Shown: in pieces, positions 1-7,741 of the stretch | How positions within the stretch are numbered: the stretch's first letter is position 1 | Layout of the letters: each line of letters starts with the position of its first letter | Assembly: GCA_044350705.1 (NCBI GenBank) | Contig: JBILHA010000002.1 | Coordinates: forward strand, 242,295-306,294 | Reading direction: 5' to 3' | Source of the DNA: Candidatus Kapaibacterium sp. | GTDB taxonomy: Bacteria; Patescibacteriota; Patescibacteriia; UBA9934 | DNA: 64,000 bases | The notes under the pieces: model-generated | What the model saw: only the letters and a program-made list of their open reading frames with translations | Databases searched by the model: none | Told to the model about the DNA's origin: nothing | Program-made: the position numbers and the translations under genes

Positions 1-385
1 AAAAAGCAGCTGAATCGCGCCTTGTGGACATGGAGAAACCGTGTCATCGAAATGATGGAAAATATCACGCCACCACCAATCCAATACGCACCAAACCAGA
101 ACATTATCAAAGCAAGCATGACTACTGACGAAGAAAGTTCGCCTTCCATAGGTTATAGAATGGAGTACGCCAGATAAGACATGAGCCCCGTTCCCAATGC
201 CGCAATGACCAGCGCAAATGAGAGCATATACAATGCCTGGCTCTCTTCGTGGTGCGCGAGCCATGCAATAAAGCCCGCAAGCGCTAGACAAATCACTGGA
301 AGAAACATCATATAGGAAAGTATAGCAAGAAGAGCGCGAAGGGATTTTACGTGAAAACGTGGGGATCTCGGGGGAATAGTGATCT

Positions 386-509
386 GAAAACCTTTTTATT
401 TCGAGGGATTTTTTACTCCGAAGAGGGAGGATTACCGATGCGTACTTACCGGTACGACGAGGCAACCGGACCGATGAGGGCAAAAAAGCACCGAAATAAA
501 AAGGTTTCC
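386..509 (+). ncRNA. Unclassified structured RNA element, copy 1 of 3 (tRNA-associated); 124 nt
   Basis: Closing helix gaaaacctttttatttcg (386-403) pairs with cgaaataaaaaggttt (492-507). Internal conserved boxes GAAGAGGGAGGATT (421-434), GTAC-stem hairpin cgtac-ttaccg-gtacg, and GAGGCAACCGGACCGATGAGG. About 80% identical to the copy at 7368-7491, with compensatory changes in the helix. Abuts the 3-prime end of tRNA-Ile on the opposite strand. Confidence 0.5.
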
Positions 510-512
510 CTT

Positions 513-589
513 TGGTAGGCCTGCCTGGATTCGAACCAGGGACCGCCGAGGTATAAGCTCGGAGCTCTAACCAACTGAGCTACAGGCCC
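513..589 (-). tRNA. tRNA-Ile, anticodon UAU (genomically encoded TAT)
   Basis: Reverse complement reads GGGCCTGTAGCTCAGTTGGTTAGAGCTCCGAGCTTATACCTCGGCGGTCCCTGGTTCGAATCCAGGCAGGCCTACCA, which folds as a cloverleaf. Acceptor GGGCCTG/CAGGCCT, anticodon stem CCGAG/CTCGG, loop CTTATAC, T-loop TTCGAAT, CCA encoded. The 5-prime half and 3-prime end CAGGCCTACCA resemble bacterial tRNA-Ile. Confidence 0.88.
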
Positions 590-597
590 ATACATTT

Positions 598-712
598 GCC
601 ACCCAAGTTTGTCCCTGGCGGTGTCGTGGGTCCCGACTGACTTCGTCAACGTCCATATAGGGGACGTCTCCTTGTCAGTCACCCACTCCTAGCCAGGAAC
701 AAACTTAGTGGC
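598..712 (-). other. Long imperfect hairpin (about 115 nt) immediately 5-prime of tRNA-Ile on the minus strand; possible leader or processing structure
   Basis: gccacccaagtttgtccctggc (598-619) is the near-reverse-complement of gccaggaacaaacttagtggc (692-712). Inner nested pairs gactgac/gtcagtc and acgtcc/ggacgt. Mismatches resolve to G-U wobbles only if the minus strand is the transcript. Confidence 0.4.
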
Positions 713-760
713 AAATGCATCGCTTCTTCATCACACGTCTCGCTTTTTTCATTTTTTTTA

Positions 761-785
761 CAACTGAACGAACTTAGTACCAAAT
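761..785. repeat. Conserved intergenic module M2 (caactgaacgaacttagtaccaaat), second copy at 61367-61391
   Basis: Near-identical 25-nt module shared with the region upstream of tRNA-Gly/capA. Confidence 0.6.
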
Positions 786-815
786 CTGCTTATCACGTTG
801 TATCAGACGGGTCGA

Positions 816-872
816 GGTACGCCTTGACGACCTTCCTCGCCCTTCCTTGAAGCTGACTAAACTTCGTAGCAA
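816..872. repeat. Conserved intergenic module M1 (ggtacgccttgacgaccttcctcgcccttccttgaagctgactaaacttcgtagcaa), second copy at 61251-61309
   Basis: About 90% identical over about 55 nt to 61251-61309. Contains a TTGACG box and, in copy B, a perfect 8-2-8 palindrome ctgactaa-ac-ttagtcag. Confidence 0.6.
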
Positions 873-928
873 CTTCTCAAAACTCCCCCACTATAGCTCA
901 AAGCCGTTCTTTCTGCCATACTTGCCCC

Positions 929-1858
929 ATGAAAACCTTTCATCCCTCTCAACCCGAGCCTACTCGGCTCGACATTGTGCTTGCTGCCTTCTTAGCAGTG
1001 AGTCGGTCCCAAGCCCAAAAGCGTATCGCTCAAGGCGATATCCGTATCAATGGAACTCCCGCTTCTTCGGCGCATGCTTTGGTATCTTCGTCTGATACGA
1101 TCGAGGTTACAGAAGCCCCTTTGCCTTCCGCGGAACCGCTTCCCCTTCCTCCTCTTACTATTCTCTATGAGGATGCAGATGTCGTGGTGGCAGAAAAAGC
1201 AGCGGGCGTACTCGTCCATCCTACCGGCGCCCAAGGCGCTCAAGAGCCTACCCTCATGGATGCAGTTATGACTCACTTTCCTCCCTTAGCTGGGGTGGGC
1301 GGTGATGCGCTGCGCTCCGGAGTCGTTCATCGCCTGGACCGTGAGGCTTCAGGGGTGCTTATTTTCGCCAAACATGATAAGGCGCATGCTTTTTTGAAGG
1401 AGCAGTTTAAGCAGCGTCTCACTAAAAAACTTTACGACGTTCTCGTGCTTGGTCGCGTGAAAGATGCGCACGGGACCATTACTTTCCCGATTGCTCGTTC
1501 CGCTCATCGAGGACGCATGGCTGCCCGACCCCTTTCTCAAGAGGGCAAAGATGCCATTACCCATTACGATGTCGTGCAGCATTACTCCTCTTCCACTCTT
1601 CTGCGCGTACATATTGAAACCGGTCGTACGCATCAGATTCGTGCTCATTTTTTTGCGCTCGGCCATCCTGTCGCGGGCGACACGCTGTATGTACAGCGCA
1701 ATCTCAAGCAGCTGAATCTGGGAAGACTTTTCCTCCATGCCGCCGAATTGCATCTCACTCTCCCGAATGGACAAGAGGCCATCTTCGCCTCTCCTCTTCC
1801 TCCCGACTTGCGCCAATTTCTTGAAGGACTCAAGCCCATGCCTTTATCTGCCGTATGA
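929..1858 (+). CDS. rluD: RluA/RluD-family 23S rRNA pseudouridine synthase with N-terminal S4 domain
   Basis: 309-aa ORF. HRLDREASGVLIFAKH catalytic motif typical of the RluA family, S4-like N-terminus, ATG at 929. Confidence 0.85.
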   Translation: MKTFHPSQPEPTRLDIVLAAFLAVSRSQAQKRIAQGDIRINGTPASSAHALVSSSDTIEVTEAPLPSAEPLPLPPLTILYEDADVVVAEKAAGVLVHPTGAQGAQEPTLMDAVMTHFPPLAGVGGDALRSGVVHRLDREASGVLIFAKHDKAHAFLKEQFKQRLTKKLYDVLVLGRVKDAHGTITFPIARSAHRGRMAARPLSQEGKDAITHYDVVQHYSSSTLLRVHIETGRTHQIRAHFFALGHPVAGDTLYVQRNLKQLNLGRLFLHAAELHLTLPNGQEAIFASPLPPDLRQFLEGLKPMPLSAV

Positions 1859-2412
1859 TCATTACGCTTGCCGGCCTCTCTGGGGCTGGAAAATCTACCG
1901 TCAAAAAAATTCTTGCCGACCGATTAGGATGGAAATCTTATTCCATGGGTGACATGCGCGGTGCATACGCACAAGAGCACGGAATGACCATTGATGAACT
2001 CAATGCTCTGGGCATGGAAGATCCTCAAACCGATGCGCTTGTGGATGAATTCCAAAAAGAACTCGGTGCACGAGAGGATAACTTTATTCTTGACGGCTGG
2101 CTCTCTTGGTATTTTATTCCGCAAAGTATTAAGGTCTTTTTAGACATTGACCCTGTCGAAGGAGCTCGACGCCTTTTTCGTGAGCAGCAGGATCACCCTG
2201 ACCATCGTCAGGATGAGCGAAAATACCGCGATATTGCCGATGTTCAAGAAACGCTTGCCCAGCGCGTCACGCAGAATCAGCAACGATATCAAAAGTGGTA
2301 TGGGGTCGATTTTCTCGATCCTGCTCATTACGATTTGCGCATTGATACCACCCCCCTGACGCCCGAGGAGGTAGCGGACCGCATCATGACCTATATTTCC
2401 TCGCGCGCTTGA
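1855..2412 (+). CDS. cmk: Cytidylate (CMP) kinase, short archaeal-type
   Basis: 185 aa. P-loop LAGLSGAGKST. ATG overlaps the rluD stop (ATGA coupling). Confidence 0.65.
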   Translation: MIITLAGLSGAGKSTVKKILADRLGWKSYSMGDMRGAYAQEHGMTIDELNALGMEDPQTDALVDEFQKELGAREDNFILDGWLSWYFIPQSIKVFLDIDPVEGARRLFREQQDHPDHRQDERKYRDIADVQETLAQRVTQNQQRYQKWYGVDFLDPAHYDLRIDTTPLTPEEVADRIMTYISSRA

Positions 2413-2472
2413 CGGTTTTTTGGTTTTTGGCTACCATTGGCGCATTCTTTTTTGGGAAATTCCCTCTTCAAT

Positions 2473-2820
2473 ATGGCACAAGTAAAAGACTACGCAGCAC
2501 TTGAACCTTCCGCTATTACTCCTGGGCAGGTTCTTCGCATTCATGAAAAGATCGTTGATATTGGCGCAAAAGGCGAAAAGCGTGAACGCGTCCAGATTTT
2601 CGAAGGCCTTGTTCTTGCTGTTCGCGGCGCAGGCCTTTCCAAGACCTTCACGATTCGCAAGGAAAGCAACGGATATGGGGTTGAGAAAATCTTCCCGGTC
2701 ACCACGCCTTCCATTGCAAAGATCGAATTGGTTAAGGCTTACCGCACCCGTCGTGCGCGTCTCACCTTCATCAAGGACTTTGCTCGTAAGTTGAAGGAAA
2801 TTGTTGTTGCAAAGGCGTAA
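2473..2820 (+). CDS. rplS: 50S ribosomal protein L19
   Basis: RVQIFEGLVLAVRGAGLSKTFTIRKESNGYGVEKIFPVTTP aligns with the conserved L19 core. The ORF track starts at a TTG (2437); the in-frame ATG at 2473 is preferred. Confidence 0.9.
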   Translation: MAQVKDYAALEPSAITPGQVLRIHEKIVDIGAKGEKRERVQIFEGLVLAVRGAGLSKTFTIRKESNGYGVEKIFPVTTPSIAKIELVKAYRTRRARLTFIKDFARKLKEIVVAKA

Positions 2821-2827
2821 TAAAAAA

Positions 2828-2860
2828 CTTCCTCGGGAAACCGAGGAAGTTTTTTATTTT
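2828..2860. terminator. Bidirectional rho-independent terminator between rplS (+) and the Cys-rich protein gene (-)
   Basis: cttcctcgg-gaaa-ccgaggaag perfect 9-bp stem with GAAA loop, followed by ttttttatttt. The reverse complement also ends in a U-tract. Confidence 0.8.
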
Positions 2861-4397
2861 ATGGCGTTAGGGTTACCGATCCTGAACATGCATAGTCATC
2901 AAATACATCGAATGCACCAAATCCTGTAAAGTTATCAAACACATCTTGTACCCAATTTGAGTCTACAAATCTACAGCTTCCTTGCTTCACCTCTCCTTTA
3001 TCGGCCAATTTACATGCGTCTTGCTCACACATCGAACCAAACACGTTCTTAAAGTCTTCAATTTGATCAGCAGATCCATAGTTGAGAATGTCCGCGATTC
3101 CGCCGCTTAAATCAACTCCATATGAATCAGCTTCGACATATTCATATGCTCCGCATCCATCTTCTAAGTCTGAAGCGACATCCTCGAGGAAGTAGCAATC
3201 AATATAGGTCCTTCCTTCCGTATAGAGAGCTACGCATTCATCTGCTCCTACTCCGTCTGCTCCAGAAAATTCAGAGAAGTCATCATCAAAATAGCAACTA
3301 TATACATGCTTGTCATTCGTCGCTCTCTTTTGCGCTTGTGAAGCTATTTGCGAACATACTGACGATGACGCCGTGAGACCGGTAGCAGAATTTAATGCTG
3401 ATACCTCTGCACATGAAACACACGTCCCCCCACTATTATCTCCTTTGATCACGCAGGATTTGCTCTTATCGTCACAGCCGCTATACATACAATCATCTCC
3501 CACTTCGGGAGGATTTGCGATGTTGAGGTTAATTTCATCATCTCCGCTTATCGTTCCCTTCTGCCCACACGTGCCGCTGATTTTCCCGTCGCTTGGGCAT
3601 GTACCGTCAATGCAAAATCCATATCCAAACAACGCCTCACACGTTGTGGCGTCATCAACCATCACCGCCTTTTTTACCAATGGGGGTCTGAGTTCATTAA
3701 ATCGAGTAAGGCGAGGATCTATAAGGTACGCGATGGCATATACCGACATGAGCAAAATGATCGCCGTGGCGGTATTGGCCATGCGGCCCTTTGCCTTTGC
3801 TACCGCGTTCTTATTCCCTCCTGCGGTCATGTACTGGAATCCCGCGATCGTAAACATGAGCGCACCAAAAATCCCCGCGACAGGGATCGCATAGGTGTAA
3901 ACAAGGTTTACATACGTTCCCAGGTTTGAAACCTGAGTTACCCCAAGAATAGGAACATTGAGCGTTACTGGCAGAAGTGGCCCATAGCAGTATCCCATCT
4001 CCGCCCCGGTTACCGATTGCTTGCTGCAATAGGGATTCTGATCACTCCACGTGCCTTTATACGTATCCCCCCCTATCTTTATCGGATAATCATTACACTC
4101 CTTTTCCGTCCAGCAGAGATTGCTATTCTCTGGATATGACGCTTCGTCCGCGAAGCATCCCACGTACGTCGCACCCCCATCTGCACATTCCGCAGCACAG
4201 GTGCTCGCGTCTTCTCTTCCTCCGATAGATCCTGCTCCTTGCTTCACGTCTCCACAAAAGCATTCACAGCTCGCTGCAATTGCTTGCGGAGCAAAAGATA
4301 TTCCCCAAAAAAACATCGCAACGACGAGTGCTATTCCTTTACTGAGCCAACGATTGTGCCGCTTCATACAAAATGCCATACGGGACTGCCCCTTCAA
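2859..4397 (-). CDS. Cysteine-rich (about 35 Cys) membrane protein; N-terminal signal/anchor plus a central two-TM hairpin reminiscent of VirB2/TrbC-type pilins; hypothetical
   Basis: 512-aa ORF. N-terminal hydrophobic segment LSKGIALVVAMFFWGISFAPQAIAAS. Two Cys-rich acidic domains (CECFCGD..., many CxxC, CxC, GTC motifs) separated by IPVAGIFGALMFTIAGFQYM - basic loop AGGNKNAVAKAKGRMANT - ATAIILLMSVYAIAYLI. Start overlaps the upstream dsbA-like gene. Confidence 0.6.
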   Translation of the reverse strand: MKGQSRMAFCMKRHNRWLSKGIALVVAMFFWGISFAPQAIAASCECFCGDVKQGAGSIGGREDASTCAAECADGGATYVGCFADEASYPENSNLCWTEKECNDYPIKIGGDTYKGTWSDQNPYCSKQSVTGAEMGYCYGPLLPVTLNVPILGVTQVSNLGTYVNLVYTYAIPVAGIFGALMFTIAGFQYMTAGGNKNAVAKAKGRMANTATAIILLMSVYAIAYLIDPRLTRFNELRPPLVKKAVMVDDATTCEALFGYGFCIDGTCPSDGKISGTCGQKGTISGDDEINLNIANPPEVGDDCMYSGCDDKSKSCVIKGDNSGGTCVSCAEVSALNSATGLTASSSVCSQIASQAQKRATNDKHVYSCYFDDDFSEFSGADGVGADECVALYTEGRTYIDCYFLEDVASDLEDGCGAYEYVEADSYGVDLSGGIADILNYGSADQIEDFKNVFGSMCEQDACKLADKGEVKQGSCRFVDSNWVQDVFDNFTGFGAFDVFDDYACSGSVTLTP

Positions 4398-5085
4398 TTT
4401 TTACTCCGTTTACGAACAATGTAGGGGTGGAAGTTACTCCCGCCGCAACACCGTCAGCGATGTCACCTGCGACCTCATTCTCGTAAAAATCTGATTCCAT
4501 GCATTGGATATATGTCCGTTTCTCCAAACCTGCCGAGAGGGCATACTGCAACAGATTTTCTTCCGTAAATTCCCCCGAGCTTTTATTGAGGAGCCTATAC
4601 ATTTCCTCATACTTTCCCTGCTCAGACGCGCATTCCGCTGCCATTGCTGCCTTATCTGCCCCTGGATGGAGGTCGGTGAGGGGAAAATCTCGCATGATCA
4701 CCCTTACTTTATCGCCCATATTACGTGCGATCGCTTCTAGCGCGTAACTTTCTTCTTGGGAATAGGGGCAGCCGAAGTCCGAGAAGGCAACGATCGTGAT
4801 GGGAGCATCCGCGGGGCCAAGCACCGGATCGTCCTCGGTTGCGAGCTCTCCACTCCCCTCGCTTTGTCTTGCCAACGCCGCAAGACGAGTTGCCGTAGCC
4901 TGGGTCGCATCGTATTTTTCCATGGGCAATAACTCTCCCGAGCGGAAATCCCGATAATAGGCAAAAATTTTCCAGGCAAACCCCCCCACCCCCACAAACA
5001 CCAATACAAATACGAAGGTTACAAGTGCTTTTACATAAGAAAATGCATGCCTGGGCCCTCCTTCCATATAGAAAAAGTATACCAT
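4339..5085 (-). CDS. DsbA-like thioredoxin-fold protein with monothiol CPYS active site, N-terminal membrane anchor
   Basis: 248 aa. FSDFGCPYSQ at the position of the DsbA CxxC; DNA tgc ccc tat tcc verified. C-terminal VTSTPTLFVNG is typical of the DsbA cis-Pro region. Hydrophobic N-terminus VTFVFVLVFVGVGGFAW. Confidence 0.7.
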   Translation of the reverse strand: MVYFFYMEGGPRHAFSYVKALVTFVFVLVFVGVGGFAWKIFAYYRDFRSGELLPMEKYDATQATATRLAALARQSEGSGELATEDDPVLGPADAPITIVAFSDFGCPYSQEESYALEAIARNMGDKVRVIMRDFPLTDLHPGADKAAMAAECASEQGKYEEMYRLLNKSSGEFTEENLLQYALSAGLEKRTYIQCMESDFYENEVAGDIADGVAAGVTSTPTLFVNGVKIEGAVPYGILYEAAQSLAQ

Positions 5086-5142
5086 CCCCTAAAATTCGTT
5101 CATCTTTACGCCCCCTCTCAGATTTGGTACACTCTCTTCGAT

Positions 5143-5358
5143 ATGATTTTGGATGTTATCCTTCTTATTCTCAGCGTACTTCTTTGTGGCGCTATCCTTC
5201 TTCAAGCTCGCGGTACCGACGCAGGGCTCGCATTTGGCGGAGATGGCAGCATGTATCGCACTCGCCGCGGCATTGAGAAATCTCTCCATGTAGGCACCAT
5301 TGTCCTTGCGGTACTCTTCTTTGTTACCGCGCTCTTGAACATGTTGTTTACTTGGTAA
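5143..5358 (+). CDS. secG: Preprotein translocase subunit SecG
   Basis: MILDVILLILSVLLCGAILLQARGTDAGLAFGG matches the SecG LLQxGKG..G..FG signature. The ORF track TTG start at 5047 gives an implausible extension. Confidence 0.8.
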   Translation: MILDVILLILSVLLCGAILLQARGTDAGLAFGGDGSMYRTRRGIEKSLHVGTIVLAVLFFVTALLNMLFTW

Positions 5359-5459
5359 ACGCACGTTCTCTGCTTCGCTCTCTTTTTTCACGCCTGGTTT
5401 CTCGAAAAAACGCCGGATCTCAATCGGGCGAACATTTGTCTCTTCGGCAGGTCAGCGCC

Positions 5460-7145
5460 ATGAAAGGCGGTAGGTACCTTCCTCGTTTTTCTCAAATTCA
5501 ACAGTTCCCTCGCATTCTTTCTTCCCTTGAGAAGCGCCTTTTCACCGCTGGGCTCGCGCTTTTCATATTAGGATCCGTCTTTCTCCTCATTGGAGGTTTT
5601 TCTCATTTTTTTGTTACCGTCCCTCAGCGCGGAGGCACGCTTACGGAAGGCATGCTCGGATATCCCCAGCTCATCAATCCCCTCTATGCCGATGCGAATA
5701 CCGTTGATCGTGAGCTGACCTCGCTTATTTATAGTGGCCTTCTTATTTACAATCCCACCTCCGATGCTCTTGAGCCTCATTTAGCGGAATCCTGGTCTTT
5801 AAGCGAAGATGAGAAAATGTACACTTTTACTCTCCGACAAGACGTTACTTGGCATGACGGAGAACCTTTTAGCGCATACGATGTCATTTTCACTTATTCT
5901 GCGCTCCAAAATGCCGCATACGGCAGTCCACTCTTTGATGCTTATCAAAATATTATTATTTCCCAGGTAGATGATCGTACGCTTACCTTTACGCTTGCCG
6001 AGCCTTACGCAGCATTTCCCGAACTTCTCACGGTAGGCATCCTTCCCGCCCACCTCTGGGAAGAAATAGCGCCTGCAAATGCTCGTCTCGTTGCGCTCAA
6101 CCTCAAGCCGGTTGGCACTGGTCCTTATCTTCTCGAAAAAACAAGCAAAGATTCTCGGGGTATTATTCGCAGCATCACTCTTCAAACTTTCGATGAGTAT
6201 CTCGGCATCCGCCCTTACCTCGATGAGATTATCGTTAAGTTCTTCTCAAACACCACGGACATCATGCAGGCGCTCCAGACAAAGCGCATCGATGCCACCG
6301 CTACTCTTTCTCTTACCGAAGCCCTCACCTTACAGGATGACAACGCACTTCGCATCACCCCCCTCCCGCTCTCTCAATACGTAGGGGCATTCTTCAATAC
6401 ACAAAAGGATCCGCTTAAGTCACTTGAAATCCGCAAGGCCCTCACCCTCTCACTTGATATTCCCGCCATCACCGCAGATGCAACAGGAAATCTGGGGCAG
6501 CCCACGGGATTCGCCCTGCCAGGCTTTCCTGCTACCGCCGCGAGCGTTCAGGATACTCAAACTGCCAGCCTCATCTTAGAAGAAGCTGGGTGGTCTCTCA
6601 ACGAGAACGGCAAGCGTACTCAAGGAAACAATGAGCTCACCCTTACTATCACCACCGCAGAACGCCCCGAGCTTCTGCGCGCCGCGGAAAAGGTAGCGGA
6701 AAACTGGAGATCTTTAGGCATTACCGTCACGGTCTCCCCCCTCTCCTACGCTGGCATTGCCACCGCTCTTCAAGAAAAGACCTACGATGTTCTTCTTGCC
6801 GCGGAGCAATATGGCATTATTGCCGATCCTTATCCATTCTGGCACTCCACAGGAAAGAATGCCGGCGGTCTCAATATGAGCCTCTTCTCGACTTCAGCAG
6901 CGGATACGGCGGTCAGTACTCTTCGAACTTCTGCAAATACTGAGAAGCGTCAAGAAGCGTTCAATACGCTCAATCAAGAACTTCTTGAGCACATGCCGGT
7001 CGTTTTCCTTTTCCAAAACGCCCTTCCGCTTGTCCATACCGTGGATATCATGGGGATAACTCCTGATGCCATCCCCCATACTTCTGCGCGCTGGCTCCTG
7101 GAATCTTCATGGTATCGCCGGACGGGCCTTTCTTGGAAGTTTTGA
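5460..7145 (+). CDS. ABC transporter substrate-binding protein, family 5 (OppA/DppA-like), membrane-anchored
   Basis: SBP_bac_5-like architecture in a 597-aa ORF; N-terminal TM LFTAGLALFILGSVFLLIGGF. ATG at 5460 preferred over the TTG at 5352. Confidence 0.75.
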   Translation: MKGGRYLPRFSQIQQFPRILSSLEKRLFTAGLALFILGSVFLLIGGFSHFFVTVPQRGGTLTEGMLGYPQLINPLYADANTVDRELTSLIYSGLLIYNPTSDALEPHLAESWSLSEDEKMYTFTLRQDVTWHDGEPFSAYDVIFTYSALQNAAYGSPLFDAYQNIIISQVDDRTLTFTLAEPYAAFPELLTVGILPAHLWEEIAPANARLVALNLKPVGTGPYLLEKTSKDSRGIIRSITLQTFDEYLGIRPYLDEIIVKFFSNTTDIMQALQTKRIDATATLSLTEALTLQDDNALRITPLPLSQYVGAFFNTQKDPLKSLEIRKALTLSLDIPAITADATGNLGQPTGFALPGFPATAASVQDTQTASLILEEAGWSLNENGKRTQGNNELTLTITTAERPELLRAAEKVAENWRSLGITVTVSPLSYAGIATALQEKTYDVLLAAEQYGIIADPYPFWHSTGKNAGGLNMSLFSTSAADTAVSTLRTSANTEKRQEAFNTLNQELLEHMPVVFLFQNALPLVHTVDIMGITPDAIPHTSARWLLESSWYRRTGLSWKF

Positions 7146-7210
7146 CCTTCCTCTCTTTTCATGATACGCTTTCTCGTGATTTTGCCGCGCTCTTACGCCG
7201 GCGTTTAGCG

Positions 7211-7250
7211 AAAAGGGATTTCGCATGGGTGCGTAGGGATTACGCTTGAG
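7211..7250. repeat. Direct repeat R1 (aaaagggatttcgcatgggtgcgtagggattacgcttg); partner R2 at 7592-7630
   Basis: About 75-80% identity over about 40 nt. The two copies flank the structured element plus tRNA-Leu(CAG). Confidence 0.5.
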
Positions 7251-7367
7251 GACATGGGTATTTCTCTTGAAAAACGGATGAATTGAGGGAGGAAAGGATT
7301 TCACCTGAAAGGAAATTTTTTCCTCAATAAAGAACGTATTTTTTCACTGATAATAAGCTCACTTCTG

Positions 7368-7491
7368 GAGAACGGCTTTATTTCGAGGCAGTTTTTGTTC
7401 CGAAGAGGGAGGATTGCCGAGAGGTACTCATGCGTACGGCGAGGCAACCGAACCGATGAAGACAAAAAATGACCGAGATAAAGCCGTTCTC
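7368..7491 (+). ncRNA. Unclassified structured RNA element, copy 2 of 3; 124 nt, ends 7 nt upstream of tRNA-Leu(CAG)
   Basis: Closing helix gagaacggctttatttcg (7368-7385) / cgagataaagccgttctc (7474-7491), 18 bp with one G-U. Internal boxes identical to copy 1. A G-U wobble supports the + strand being the RNA strand. Confidence 0.55.
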
Positions 7492-7498
7492 CCAACGG

Positions 7499-7585
7499 GC
7501 GGATGTGGCGGAATTGGCATACGCGCAGGTCTCAGAAGCCTGTCCTTTCACGAGGTTGAGGGTTCAAGTCCCTCCATCCGCACCA
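7499..7585 (+). tRNA. tRNA-Leu, anticodon CAG
   Basis: GCGGATG...CATCCGC-A-CCA acceptor. Anticodon stem CAGGT/GCCTG with loop CTCAGAA. Long variable arm (class II). T-loop GGTTCAAGTCC. CCA encoded. Confidence 0.9.
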
Positions 7586-7591
7586 AATGTA

Positions 7592-7630
7592 AAAAGGGAT
7601 TTCATATGGGAGTACGGGGATTACGCCTGG
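7592..7630. repeat. Direct repeat R2 (aaaagggatttcatatgggagtacggggattacgcctgg)
   Basis: Partner of R1 at 7211-7250. Begins 7 nt after the tRNA-Leu(CAG) CCA. Confidence 0.5.
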
Positions 7631-7741
7631 AAACGTAGGGAGTATGTATGGAAGCACGGTGAGTGAGGCGGTGGGAATGGGTTTAGTGTTTTTGTAAGTG
7701 TAGTTTCTTGAAAACTCGACTCACAAAAGTACTAAAACTTA

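Noticed and set aside
1-311. Possible partial CDS 1-178 (+) and a 52-aa hydrophobic ORF 153-311 (-)
   Set aside because: Both are plausible but mutually overlapping and without supporting motifs or start signals, so not enough evidence to call either.
471-478. Hammerhead-like CCGATGAG motif in all three elements
   Set aside because: The sequence is CCGAUGA, not CUGAUGA. No helix II/GAAA/helix III arrangement or cleavage-site context can be drawn.
446-682. 78-aa ORF on the minus strand
   Set aside because: It is laid directly over tRNA-Ile and the long leader hairpin, so it is an artefact of structured RNA sequence.
7414-7638. 74-aa ORF (TTG start) running through the structured element and tRNA-Leu(CAG)
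   Set aside because: It reads straight through a tRNA gene. The apparent peptide conservation (YGEATEPM versus YDEATGPM versus YGERTGPM) reflects near-identical nucleotides in the conserved RNA box. The frame relative to the GGAGG box is broken by a loop indel in copy 3.
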